DNA of 64,000 bases, taken from positions 18,104,001-18,168,000 of the forward strand of contig NC_043001.1 in assembly GCF_006345805.1 (NCBI RefSeq), given 5' to 3'. This DNA comes from Octopus sinensis. Lineage: Eukaryota. Made by a program: the position numbers and the translations under genes. This document shows, piece by piece, positions 11,893 through 23,260 of the stretch. Each line of letters starts with the position of its first letter. The stretch's first letter is position 1. Under the pieces are notes generated by a model. The model had not been told where the DNA came from, searched no databases, and saw nothing but the letters and a program-made list of their open reading frames with translations.

Positions 11893-12187
11893 TATTCAAA
11901 GAAATTCCAACTCTGTCTGTTTTTTATGTTTTATTTATATTCTTTGTAATATTAATATAGAATATATAGTACAAATAGTATATATATATAGTAAAATGAA
12001 ATAAAGTATTGATTGTCTTATTGAATAGATGAAATGTTGGATATAAAATATTAAGGGACTAGTATACTTTTATGCGTTATAGCAGTCTTCAAGGTCCCAG
12101 GTTGTGACACTATTGTCACAACCTGGGACCTTGAAGAATATAAATAAAACAAATAAAAAAAACAGAGTTGGAATTCCTTTAAATAAT
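11893..12187 (-). mobile_element. Penelope-like pseudo-LTR relic with inverted partial copy and hammerhead-like motif
   Basis: Perfect 24-bp hairpin 12086-12109/12114-12137 (loop CTAT); imperfect ~55-bp inverted pair 11893-11945/12133-12187; hammerhead-like motif at 12055-12098 on the minus strand. Confidence 0.55.
12055..12098 (-). ncRNA. Hammerhead-ribozyme-like motif (minimal type I, two core deviations)
   Basis: Minus strand GGGAC-C-TTGAAGA-CTGC-TATAAC-GCAT-AAA-AGTATACT-A-GTCCC: 5-bp stem I, TGC/GCA stem II, palindromic stem III. Confidence 0.6.
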
Positions 12188-12287
12188 ACATATCTCTCTA
12201 TACACAACCATACAAACCCATTTATATATATATATAATATATATATACATATATATATATATACATATATACATATATATATATATA

Positions 12288-12545
12288 ACATTAAATTAGA
12301 GATAAAACCACTATTAGGCAAATCAAACAATGAAAAACATAAGCCAATACATAAAATTAATTAATTTATATTATTTTAAATATATATCAAAAGTATTAAA
12401 AGTTTAATAAAAGATAAAGAGTATATATAATGTTCAGTTATAATAAAAACGATTTTACATTAATCTGAATCACTCTGTACTTTTGTAGAGTTCAAATTTA
12501 TTCCTAAACAAGACAGCGACCTCGCGGTTTTGGCCAATTAAGCTA
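12288..12545 (-). mobile_element. Possible Penelope-like 3' fragment
   Basis: Minus strand 12515-12482 gives C-(+1)-LFRNKFELYK, resembling the C-terminal CxHRNKF motif of Penelope GIY-YIG ORFs; 12288-12400 is repeated at 13393-13580. Confidence 0.35.
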
Positions 12546-12583
12546 TCGTATATAAATGTATATATGTATGTGTGTATATGTGC

Positions 12584-12615
<32 letters not shown>

Positions 12616-12803
12616 GTGTGTGTGTGTGCTAAGAGGGAAGTAGAACTCAAAGTACGTTTTTTTTTTTTTTCTTCTTCTTCCTTTTACGTTAAAAGCTGTC
12701 AATTTCTGTCGATTATTAATAATAAAAAAACGTGGCTAATTGCAGATTCGCACCTCACCTTGAAAAATGCATTTTTTTTTTTTTTCTGAAAAAGTTTATT
12801 CGG

Positions 12804-13226
12804 ATTCCCAGGTTGTTATATATCGGAGAATTACGGACATGCGGGGGGAAATTTTTTTTTTTTTTTTTCCCCAAAATTTTTAATCCCGCCCCCTCAACCT
12901 ACCCCTCTCCCCACACACCCAGTTTTTAATTGTATTGTTGTATATTGAAGTGTGGGAATTTCATTAAGGCAGATATGTGACGTGGGAAAATACAGGGTAC
13001 TTTTAACAATATCGAAACAAGTTTCGGTAAAATTTACCCAAGTTTCTACATTTTAACCAAATGAACGTAGAAAGTGCACTTTACATACATACCTGGGCGA
13101 TCTTTCGAATGAATGGCCAGGTGCTTTAAGGAAATTTCCACACTTCGAAATTGGGATGGGGGTTAAAATTTTGAATTTTTTTTATTTTTGCGTATCTCTA
13201 ATCTCCGACATGTAAAACCTAGGAAT
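12804..13226. mobile_element. Old non-autonomous TIR element (~420 bp)
   Basis: Imperfect ~38-bp terminal inverted repeats: ATTCCCAGGTTGTTATATATCGGAGAATTAC vs right-end reverse complement ATTCCTAGGTTTTACATGTCGGAGATTAG. Confidence 0.55.
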
Positions 13227-13392
13227 ACACATGTGTGTGTGTATATATATATATATATAATTAATTAATAAGGGTGAGAGAATTAGATACTAATTTAATA
13301 GCATATCTATTCGTGTATGTGTATATATATATATGTGTGTGTATATATATATGTGTGTGTGTGTGTATATATATATATATTATATATATATA

Positions 13393-13580
13393 TTATATTA
13401 AATTAGAGATAAAACCACTATTAGGCAAATCATACAATGAAAAACTTAAGCCAATACATATGATTAATTAATAATTTTGATATATATTTAAATAATATAA
13501 ATTAATTAATTTTATGTATTGGCTTAAGTTTTTCATTGTATGATTTGCCTAATAGTGGTTTTATCTCTAATTTAATATAA
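13393..13580. repeat. 68-bp perfect inverted repeat (fold-back) between (TA)n runs
   Basis: Arms 13393-13460 and 13513-13580; third, direct copy at about 12290-12360. Confidence 0.9.
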
Positions 13581-13659
13581 TATAATATTTTACTATAAAA
13601 TTGGATTCAATCCTAAATCTGATTTTTCCCTGTAAGTTTGGATTTATTCCCTAATATTT

Positions 13660-13696
<37 letters not shown>

Positions 13697-14255
13697 TATG
13701 TAAAATGATAACCAGTAGAATTGAGTGAGCAATTAGTTTTATTACGTGGTGTGTGTGTACCTGAAGCTAACGGCTAGTTCTCAGGTATTGATTTTTTTTT
13801 TTCCACATTAGCAGGAAGCTACAAATCTCTGTACGAGAGTTATATTTGTCGATTAAATCATCTTCTATATATTCTAACGACTCCCAGAACCGATCGAAAG
13901 CTGTGTCGGTCCCGCGGCATTTGAATGTTGGGTGACAGAACTTTTTTGTTAGTGCGTGGCGTTGGCAAACGGTAGGGCTCTGGTCCCAAATAACTTGCGA
14001 TAGCTGACTCAAGCAAACAGGGCATCTGTGTGGTCGCTAGACCTGCTAGAAATAATAGCCAAACTACATTTAAATTACAATCTACTTTCTTGAAAGAAAA
14101 ACGGAAGGGTACATAGAAAATAGTAAAGTATTAGATACATTATGTCCGAAAATAATATGAGATGGTCGTTGCTGGAACACGGTTGATCAGAGTAGATTGA
14201 GTTGGGTTTAAACAACTGCAGATCCATGTTATTCCTGATTGAACAAAGCTATAAT

Positions 14256-14666
14256 CGGATCTTTTCGGTTTGACCGAGTTTTTTTCTAGCGGTGTCATAT
14301 GAAATTGTCACCCATAATTCTGACCCTAGTATCGATCTATTGCATTTCAATCTGTTTTAGGGTTAGGGTGGGGGGAAGGGTATCTTTTTTTCTTCAGAAA
14401 TGTAAATAAACCCAATCTGTTTCTTAAACGAGGAGCATATTCATACGGCACAGAATGTTTTTTACCTCAATAGACGTCATTGATTGGTTGAAATTGCAGA
14501 AATTGAAGAAAAAAACAACAAATATCTTACAAACTATAGAATTTTCTCAAAAAAGCCAAGAGAAAAAGGTGTTTTATAAACACATTCTACCACTATACGA
14601 AGTTTAAAAGTGTTTAGTTACGTGGAAATTATTTTAAAAAACTGCCGGTCAAACCGAAAAGATCCC
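14256..14666. mobile_element. Unclassified non-autonomous DNA transposon, 20-bp perfect TIR, probable 6-bp TSD
   Basis: GGATCTTTTCGGTTTGACCG 14257-14276 / CGGTCAAACCGAAAAGATCC 14646-14665; flanks TATAAT 14250-14255 and TATGAT 14667-14672. Confidence 0.85.
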
Positions 14667-15629
14667 TATGATCAAATGCATTCCAGTCATGACTAACCCG
14701 TCTTTTTTACGGCTATCTGGGACTACGCTATTTAATGTGCTCCTTTCGCTACAAGGACAGCAGAGATTGGCCTTGATGACTATTTAGGTGGCGTTTCCAT
14801 TAGGCTGAACAATAATATGGAGACTCCACTCAACTCTGCACATGTGTGCGTGTAGCATTTATTTCAGATTCGTCCCCATGGACATCATCATCATCAACAT
14901 CAATGACCATATATATTTTCTGTAGCCTGACCTCACCTGTCTCCAAGTGAAGTAATATTTCCTATTACTGGGATATTGTATCAGACTTGATCCTGGTGCA
15001 GCCTTTCATCTTGCTAGCCCTGGTCAAAACTGTCCAACCCATGCTTTCAAGAAAGCAGAATGTAATTTAAATGTGGTTTGGCTACTATTTCTAGCAGGTC
15101 TAGCGTCCACACAGAGGCCTGTTTATGGACAACAGATGTTAAATGATGATGATGATGAAAATAGTCCCTTTGACACTAGTATTAGTAGAATTCCTTAATT
15201 TATGAGGTCTAAAAGTCTCTGCTTGAATCTCCAAGTTAAACTTAAAATAGTCAAGCAAAATTGTAAACTAAGAAAGCAGAGCAGATTTTGTTAAAGCCTT
15301 GGGAATACTTCTTTTAAGTCAGCAGATGTAAAAAGAAAAAATGCAACAAAAGTGTAGGTTATTGTCCTTAAATTCTTTCTTCCACTTGCTCGAGGGGAAA
15401 AGCCTTCATGTGCAGCTGATGTGAAGAATTTTTCAGGTTTAGTATTTGTAAATTTTTGAAATTCTTTATATTCATTTTCAGTAGTTAGAACCATTGCTGA
15501 AATACGGAAAAATATTTCTGGTTAACTCTGCAAAATAATGTCACTCATTGCTGGTTTTTGAATTACTCAAGGGCAATGAGTGATAATGAGACCCCAGACT
15601 ATATGAAGATTTAACCCTTTCATACTCTT

Positions 15630-15840
15630 TCACTCTCTCTTTCTCTTTTACTTGCTTCAGTCATTTAACTATGGCCGTGCTGGAGCACCGCCTGTAGTTG
15701 AGCAAATCGACCCCCAGAACTTATTCTTTGTAAGCTTAGTACTTATTCTATCGGTCTCTTTTGCCAAACCACTAAGTTACAGGGACGCAAACACACCAGC
15801 ATCGGTTGTCAAGCGATGTTGGGAGGACAAACACAGACAC
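15630..15840 (-). mobile_element. Family B SINE 3' half
   Basis: CTCTTTTACTTGCTTCAGTCATTT..CTGGAGCACCGCC..AACACACCAGCATCGGTTGTCAAGCGATG. Confidence 0.85.
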
Positions 15841-16553
15841 AGTAAGGTGACGCTGGTAACAATCATACTCGATTGGTGCCCTTTTATGTGCCACTGGCAC
15901 GGAAGCCGGTTAGCCGCTCTGTCAACGATCACACTCATGTGGTGCTCTTTAACAAAAAAAATATCTGGTGTCATACAGAACATACAGGAGTCAAATAGTG
16001 CCAATGTACCAATTTTGGTAGCCCTACTCTCTGCTTTTTGGTATGGGAGTGCCAATAAAGGTCATGAGCTCTGACTTCTTTTCAAAAATATTTTCTTCCT
16101 TGATAAACTTCTGCAAAAGCTACATTCCTGTGTAAGCACATACCACTTTGTTTTCCTTTTACCCTTTTACGCCTATATACAATGGCCTGTGGCCATGCTG
16201 GAGCACCACTTTCAAAGGTTTATTATTTTTTTTTAGATGACCATATTCATCCCAGTACATATTTCAGTCTGGTAATTGCTTTGTTGGTCTTTGTCAAACC
16301 ACTAAGTTACAAGACATAAAGAACAAGTTTTGTTTCATTATACACACAGACATATACACACATGCATACACACACACACTCGTGTGCACATGCACCCAAA
16401 TACATATATGTATATATATATATGCTGCCCAGTGCCTACTAAACTCCACCCAAAAGGTATTGGCCAACCCAAAGCACTGTAGTAAAAAGCACTTGCTTGT
16501 GCACAATGAGGCTGAGCTTAGATTTACTGTTAGGTGACTTTTGGCCAACCTTG

Positions 16554-16585
<32 letters not shown>

Positions 16586-16899
16586 AATGTGTGTAATGTA
16601 TATGTATATGCTGTGGTGTGGTTGGCATTAGGAAGGGCATCCAGCCATATAGACCAATAGTTCCCAGACTTTTTCAGGCTGTCGCCCCCTTGGCACCCAG
16701 CTCACATGCCTAGCTCCCCCACCTTCCCCACCACAAATATAGACCACTTTCTGCTGCAAATTCAAAACAATGTATTTCACAAATAAAACAACCTAATTAA
16801 CATGTTATTTTGTTATTTTTATATTTATCATCCCACTTTTCAACAGAGCCTGGTGCAGCTTTCCGTTTTGCCAACTCCTGTCAAACTGTCCAATCCAAT

Positions 16900-17220
16900 C
16901 CAATCCAGTATTAAGTACAACTGGGGTTGATGTAATCAACTAGTCCCCTCCCCTAAAATTCCAGGCCTTGTGTCTTTAATAGAAAGGATTATTACCATAA
17001 TTATTAAGGCAGTAAGCTGGCAGAATTGTTAGCGCGCTGGGCAAAATGCTTGGCAGCATTTTGTCTGTTTTTATGTTTTGAGTTCAAATCCCACCAAGGT
17101 CAACATTGCCTTTCATCCCTTTGAGGTCGACTAAATAAATACCAGTTAAACACTGGGGTTGATGTAATTGACTTATCACCTCCCTGAATTTGCTGGCCTT
17201 TTGCCAAAATTTGAAACCAT
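16900..17220 (+). mobile_element. Decayed family C-type SINE pieces
   Basis: AAGGCAGTAAGCTGGCAGAATTGTTAGC head and GCCTTTCATCCCTTTGAGGTCGAC domain. Confidence 0.7.
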
Positions 17221-18802
17221 TATTATTATTGTTGTTGTTGTTGTTGTTGTTAGCATTATTATTTTCTTGCCTCAGGATGTACTTCTGAGATTTCCATAAT
17301 ACATCCTGTATATTATAATCTTATCATTTCCTTCAGTTTTTGTTCTTTATTTTTAATATTCTTCTTGCTTATGGTTAACTGATATGAAATACATCAATTT
17401 GTTTATCATGTATTTTTGTGTACATTAATATATTTCTCCCTCGTTCTTTCTCTGTATATAAACATGTTCGCATACATATGTATCTATGTCTATTTGGGCA
17501 ATATATTTACGATTCCTTTAATATATGTGTTTGAGCAAATAGGCTACAATGAAACTGATAGTCACTGTACTTGTATACTTCTGGTTGTGAACAAATTACA
17601 TCTCTCCTCATTACTCTATTGCCAGACTGCTACCCAAGACAAACTGCTCAGTTGATTTCCGCCAGACTCCATTTCATTATGGTGCGGAGAGAAAATATTC
17701 AAATGACAAAGTATTGAATTACCTACCAAATCACGTGCTCAGATATTCTGCATTTAATAGTTTGTGCTTACCGTTGTTGAGAATAGGTACCGTATCTCCT
17801 GAGAGTGTTGTTTACAGCAGATTGGCATCATATCCAGGAGTTTATCATTCTTTTTGCTCAACACTGTAGAACCTGAAGATAAGCCGCCAGTTTGGCACGC
17901 TGCTGAAATTTCTAGGAATAAATTAACCACTGTTGGGTTGTGGAATTATCTAAATCTGTAAACTCTTAAAGTATAAGAAGACAAATTGAAAATAAAATAA
18001 ACAGACAGATAAGAGATTCAGTAGATGATGCTAGCGAAATATTTTGTCGTATTTTGTTTCAGTATCAATTTCAGTTTTGAATTCAAATTAACTTTGCCTT
18101 TCACACTTCTAAAGTTGATAAAATATGTATCAGAATAAATGATATATGTAATGCTGGTGGAATCCCAGCATGACCACAGTCCAGTGAACTGGAACTTAGT
18201 TGAAGAATGAACAGAACAAAATGCAAGGATAAGGTGCTTGATTTAAACCTTTAGCATTTAATTCTTTGACTGCATAATTACCATTTCGTGGTCATTCCTG
18301 TAATGATATTACTTATCCACCCCAAAAAGATGGAATTGATATTTTCTGCTTCTGCAGTACTTTTTCAGTATCTTCCTTAGGTACAATTTCCTTCTCTACC
18401 ACGAAAAGTATTTGACTCTTGCTCTACGAAAAGATATCTGATGAAGCGTATGAAAACATTTAGAAAATCTGAAAGATTGTCTTTTGTAAAAACTGTATCT
18501 AGAAATATTTTCACTTCATACAGCATAGGGAAGATGGGTTTTTTTTTTTTTTTGTAAAGAATAAAAAGTTTTCAATGGTACAACAATGCGCTATAATACA
18601 GACAATGGGTTATATACCTGTTGTAATTTAGTCATCCATAGTCTATGATATTTCAGAATAATATTCCTTCTTCAGATATTCTTAGATGGAGTCACTGCTA
18701 TAATCGGTTTTCTATTGGCTTTTGTTTTTTGGCTTTTTTTTCCAAAGTCATGGAGTATAATCACTTTCCACAGTTAATGGTTATAAAATTTTGAATGGCC
18801 AT

Positions 18803-19454
18803 TTCCACTTTCAGCATTCAAAGATTTAATCAAACCAGCTGTATCCAGTCCAAATATCCTATTTCATGTTAAAACAGCCAACTTTGGCCTTTCATTACCT
18901 ACTCTACAATGTCATTCTAAAAATAAGCAACTAGACGTAGGAGTTGCTGTGTGGTAAGTAGCTTGCTTACCAACCACATGGTTCCGGGTTCAATCCCACT
19001 GCATGGCACCTTGGGCAAGTGTCTTCTATAGCCTCGGGCCGACCAAAGCCTTGTGAGTGAATTTAGTAGACGGAAACTGAAAGAAGCCCGTCGTATGTAT
19101 GTATATACATATATATATATATATATATATCTGTATGTTTGTGTGACTGTGTTTGTCCCCCAACATCGCTTGACACAACTGATGCTGGTGTGTTTACATC
19201 CCTGTAACTTAGCAGTTCAGTAAAAGAGACCGATAGAATAAGTACTAAGCTTACAAAGAATAAGTCCTGGGGTCGGTTTGCTCGACTAAAAAATGCGGTG
19301 CTCCAGAATAGCCGCAGTCAAATGACTGAAACAAGTAAAAGAGTAACTGCATTACCAAAATCTCAGAACTATAGGATAATGCATGAATAATTCAAAACAT
19401 TGTGAATAAATAAGCTGAACATTTGACAGAGTAATCTAGATGTTAGAGGGTTAA
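18803..19454 (+). mobile_element. piggyBac-like MITE family H interrupted by a full family B SINE (18934-19345)
   Basis: Flanks rejoin to the 228-bp element seen intact at 30532-30759; right end GAGGG TTAA 19446-19454. Confidence 0.75.
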
Positions 19455-19579
19455 ACTTCATTCCTCTCTCCTGATCATTAAGTTTCTCTTGACACTAGTG
19501 CAAAATTTGGCTTAACAGCTTGAAGAGAAGGGGCCGTTTAGTTAGAATTCCAAGTGTCTTAGAATTGGATATAGGTCTG

Positions 19580-19802
19580 CTTTCGTTACCAGCCTGGCCA
19601 AAACCGGCTTTGGCTCTGTAGTACAAATGTCTTGTTTTCATAAGTTTTGCATTAAAGTATACCACCAAACCTTAGTCGCAGTTTATATACCTAACACTAG
19701 CTGAATGATAACTGAGTTATTTTACTAAATTCTTTGTTATATTTAAAATAATTGAAAGACACACAGAGCATCTCAAACTAAATACAATAACGAAAGGGTT
19801 AA
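19580..19802 (-). mobile_element. MITE family G
   Basis: Reverse complement of 4985-5217; ends AACGAAAGGG TTAA at 19799-19802. Confidence 0.85.
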
Positions 19803-19831
19803 CCCAAGTTTCTATAAGAAAAAAAAACAGA

Positions 19832-20200
19832 TCTCTCTATATATAAACGGCAAAATGTCTGTCTGTGTGTGTGTCCTTTATACAAATCCACAATTTTTCA
19901 GTCAGAGGGCTTGCACTTTCTATGGTCATTCAAAACCATCCAAGGGTGGTCGTGCACATCTTTACATTTCCCCAGTCACTCTGCAAAGCCATTAAAAAAT
20001 CAATAGAAGTGACTTTTTTGTGAATTTTCTATCCAAAACCCAATCAAAATGCCCGAAACTTGATATGCCAATTGAATGCCAGCTAGCTGTATGTGATTGG
20101 TTGGAGATTTGGACAGTACTCGCTTGTATGTGCACACGCACGCAGCTGTATATGCATGTGCTAGCACTATGACCCGGTGTTGCCGCGGTCATAGTGCTAG
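19832..20200 (+). mobile_element. Non-autonomous Helitron (369 bp)
   Basis: A|TC 5' end at 19831/19832, CTAG|T 3' end at 20200/20201, subterminal hairpin with 14-bp arms 20161-20174/20187-20200, no TSD, (TG)n near the 5' end. Confidence 0.8.
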
Positions 20201-20242
20201 TCAGTGATAAAAAAAAAAAAGGTAATTCAAACACAAGTTACA

Positions 20243-20612
20243 AGTGCAAGCGTGGCTGTCTGGTTAAGAAGTTTGCTTCCCAACTACATGGCTTCAGGTC
20301 CAGTTTTGGTGCACAGCACCTTTGACAAGTATCTTCTATATAGCCCGGGGCTGATTGAATCCTTGGGGGTGGATTTGCGAGAAGGAAAATGAAAGAAGCT
20401 TGTTGTATAATATGTGTGCTTGTGTCTCTTTGTCTTGATATCGCGTGATTCTTGTAAAAGGATGGTATTCATTTTCGATATTCTGTGAAAGCATTTCTGG
20501 CCACGGGGAAGTATGGATCTTCCCTGGAAACAGGTGAGAGTTGACAAGAGATCCAGTCATAGAAATCTGCCTCCCTAAACTCTGTCTGACCCATGGAAGC
20601 ATGGAAAAGTGA
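20243..20612 (+). mobile_element. Older family J SINE (B-type head with A-type core and tail)
   Basis: GTGGCTGTCTGGTTAAGAAG head; ends GACCCATGGAAGCATGGAAAAGTGAATATT. Confidence 0.65.
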
Positions 20613-20619
20613 ATATTAA

Positions 20620-20874
20620 TAAATAAAATGCGCCCTTTTAAAGCCCAGCCAGGCTCATGGGCCCGGTTTCCTGGTTTCAATGGCGTATGTGTTCCCCAGC
20701 TGGACGGGACGCCAGTCCATCATAGCGTTACTCATTTTTGCCAGCTGAGTGAGCTGGAACAATGTGAAATGAAGTGTTTTGCTCAAGAACACAATGTGTC
20801 ACCCGGCCCAGGAATCGAAACCACAATCTTATGATCATGATGCTGACTCCCAAACCACTAAGCCACGCGCCTAC
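20620..20874 (-). mobile_element. Family E SINE, full length
   Basis: Reverse complement of 9300-9553. Confidence 0.9.
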
Positions 20875-21244
20875 ACATTAAAATGATGACGGTGGTGGTG
20901 GTTGTTCTTTTTCTTCTTACTACTACTACTACAACAAAGAATGCCTGCTATGATCAATCTGAGCAACACTTTGAAAAGTTTTTGTTATTGTCAACATTAA
21001 CCATGTTTATTTAGTTGCTGAAGTGACAGAAACAAACTGTCTGTGTAATTTAACTGCATAACGAATGTGTTGTTTGAATGCCATATACTGCAATTTATCG
21101 TCTGGGAAAAAAAAACCCTTTAAAGATGTATAATGTTGAAAAACAGAATATACTTTAGAGCTAGGTGAAACGAAACACCCCAGAAGTGAGGGTCAATTTT
21201 GTTTTGCCTGGCTTGAAGTATAGTGTGTTTTTGTAACACTACAT

Positions 21245-21711
21245 CTTTAAATTAATACTGCAATACGGTGTTATTGTACGGGGCTGAGACATGGCGAACA
21301 ACAGTTAAGTCAAATAAGCAAATACAATCATTCATCAACAGATGCTTGCGTAGTATTCTCAAAATTAGATGGCCCGAATACATAAGCAATATGGAGCTAT
21401 GGCAAAGAACAAATCAAGTTTCGATTAGGGAGCAAATATTTAAGAAAAAGTGGAAGTGGATTGGTAGCACAATTATAAAAGATACACCAAATGTAGCGAA
21501 AAGTGCTTTACAATGGAATCCGGATGGATATAGAAAGAAAGGTAGGCCTGAGAATTCGTGGCGGAGATCATCACAAAAGGAACTAGAGAAAGGGGGACAT
21601 TTATGGCAGAGTATAAGGTATAAGTACAGAAGCGAAAAATTATGTGACATGGGATTCAATTATAAGTGGCCTATACTCTGTATTGGAGGGTTAGAGGCAG
21701 AAGAATAAGAA
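21245..21711 (+). mobile_element. RTE-clade LINE 3' fragment (reverse transcriptase C-terminal region)
   Basis: ORF 21268-21708 carries RTE hallmarks LLYGAETW, RCLRSILKIRWP, KWKWIG and QWNP.G.RKKGRP. Confidence 0.9.
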
Positions 21712-21744
21712 ATCTTTAAAAGGATTTTTCCTTGGATCAAAAAT

Positions 21745-22090
21745 CAATGGAAATTGCAGTTGTGACACCAGTGCCGGTGGCACGTAAAAGAACCATCCGA
21801 ACGTAGCTGTTGCCAGCGCCGCCTCAACTGGCCTCTGTGCCGGTGGCACGTAAAAAGCACCAACCGATCGTGGCCATTGCCAGCCTCACCTGGCACCTGT
21901 GCCAGTGGCACGTAAAAAGCACCCACTACACTCACGGAGTGGTTGGCGTTAGGAAGAGCATCCAGCTGTAGAAACACTGCCAGATCAGACTGGAGCCTGG
22001 TGCAGCCTCCTGGCTTCCCAGACCCCCGTTGAACCGTCCAACCCATGCTAGCATGGAAAGCGGACATTAAACAATGATGATGATGATGAT
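21745..22090 (+). mobile_element. Family A retroposon with three internal ~60-bp repeats
   Basis: GGCACGTAAAA(A)G(A/C)AC at ~21779, ~21846 and ~21907; (ATG)n tail 22075-22090. Confidence 0.9.
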
Positions 22091-23119
22091 AAATTGCTGC
22101 TCCTGGCATTCAAACGATACACATGTGAATTTGTGGTATTTGTAATGTTTATATTACAGAGCTGCCTCTGTTGCACAGTTTGAATTTATTTACAATGTGG
22201 TGTTAAAATAACTCCCTTACAATCTACACTTTATTAACAGCATATTTTTTACAGGAAGGAAAGATAGAAAGAAAACATTAAAACTATAAAAGATTAAGAT
22301 TACTGAGAAAAGAAAAACCTTTACCTACCTCACCTAGGATACAAAGAAAAAGAAAAGACAGAAGTCAAGTAGAATATGGTTGGGGTAATAGGTTGTACAC
22401 CACAGACCAAATGGTATGTTTGACTGCGCATCACTAACTTGATCGCAAAGGCATTGCCATGGAGAATGGTCAGCAGCACTCACTGCAACAGTCATTCTGC
22501 CTTTTTAACCAACTTTTTCAAGTCATCTGAGACAAGAGAAGTTGTAGACTTTGTCCAAACGAAACAGCATAGTATATATATATATGGCAGTTTGAACCAG
22601 TGTTGTTTCGTCCATATACAAACTCAGACATTACTTCATTGGATTGGATCATGTGTGTATTTGTTAGTTTATCTCGGTCATTAACAAAATCAAACTCAGA
22701 CATGACTTCTGTTTCACAAATGAGATTTTTGTGCTCAGGGAAAGAATATAGCTATAATAACTACTTCTACTTCAAAAACGTCTGCAATTGTCATTGTCAT
22801 AATTTACAAACCTTTCTAACCAGCAAGAAAAACAAGCCTGAAAAACATTTTTTTTAAATCTTCAAAGTCACTTAATGCAACAAGAGGTTGTGTTAACCTA
22901 ACTCCTAGGTGGAATAAATATCCACTTTTAATAAAGATAAGGACAAACAGCATATAGAATTGTTGAAGGACCCTACCTAGCCTGTGTTTTGATTTTTTTT
23001 CCCACTAATTTCCAATTAAGCTCATGGGAGAGCCTCTGTGCTGTTGTTTGACCTGTTAGAAATAGCTACCAACTCTCCCTCTGATCACAATTTAATACCT
23101 TGAAAAAGAAGGACACATT

Positions 23120-23260
23120 AAAGGATATATAAATATATATATATATATATAAATTAAAGGATATATAAATATCTATATAAAAGGATATATAAATATATAT
23201 CTATATAAAAGGATATATAAATATCTATATTAAAGGATATATAAATATAGATATATAAAT
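23120..23260. repeat. AT-rich minisatellite, 5 units anchored on AAAGGATATATAAATAT
   Basis: Anchor repeats at about 23121, 23156, 23180, 23208 and 23232. Confidence 0.85.

Noticed and set aside
15380-15450. GEKPSCAADVKNFS, resembling a C2H2 zinc-finger linker
   Set aside because: No Cys/His spacing, short frame and no splice support.
17590-17870. About 90-codon stop-free plus frame without ATG in unique-looking sequence
   Set aside because: No recognisable motif or convincing splice sites; ORFs of this length are common in the track. A tBLASTx would settle it.
18438-18460. CTGATGAAGCGTATGAAAAC as a hammerhead
   Set aside because: No stem II or stem I pairing.
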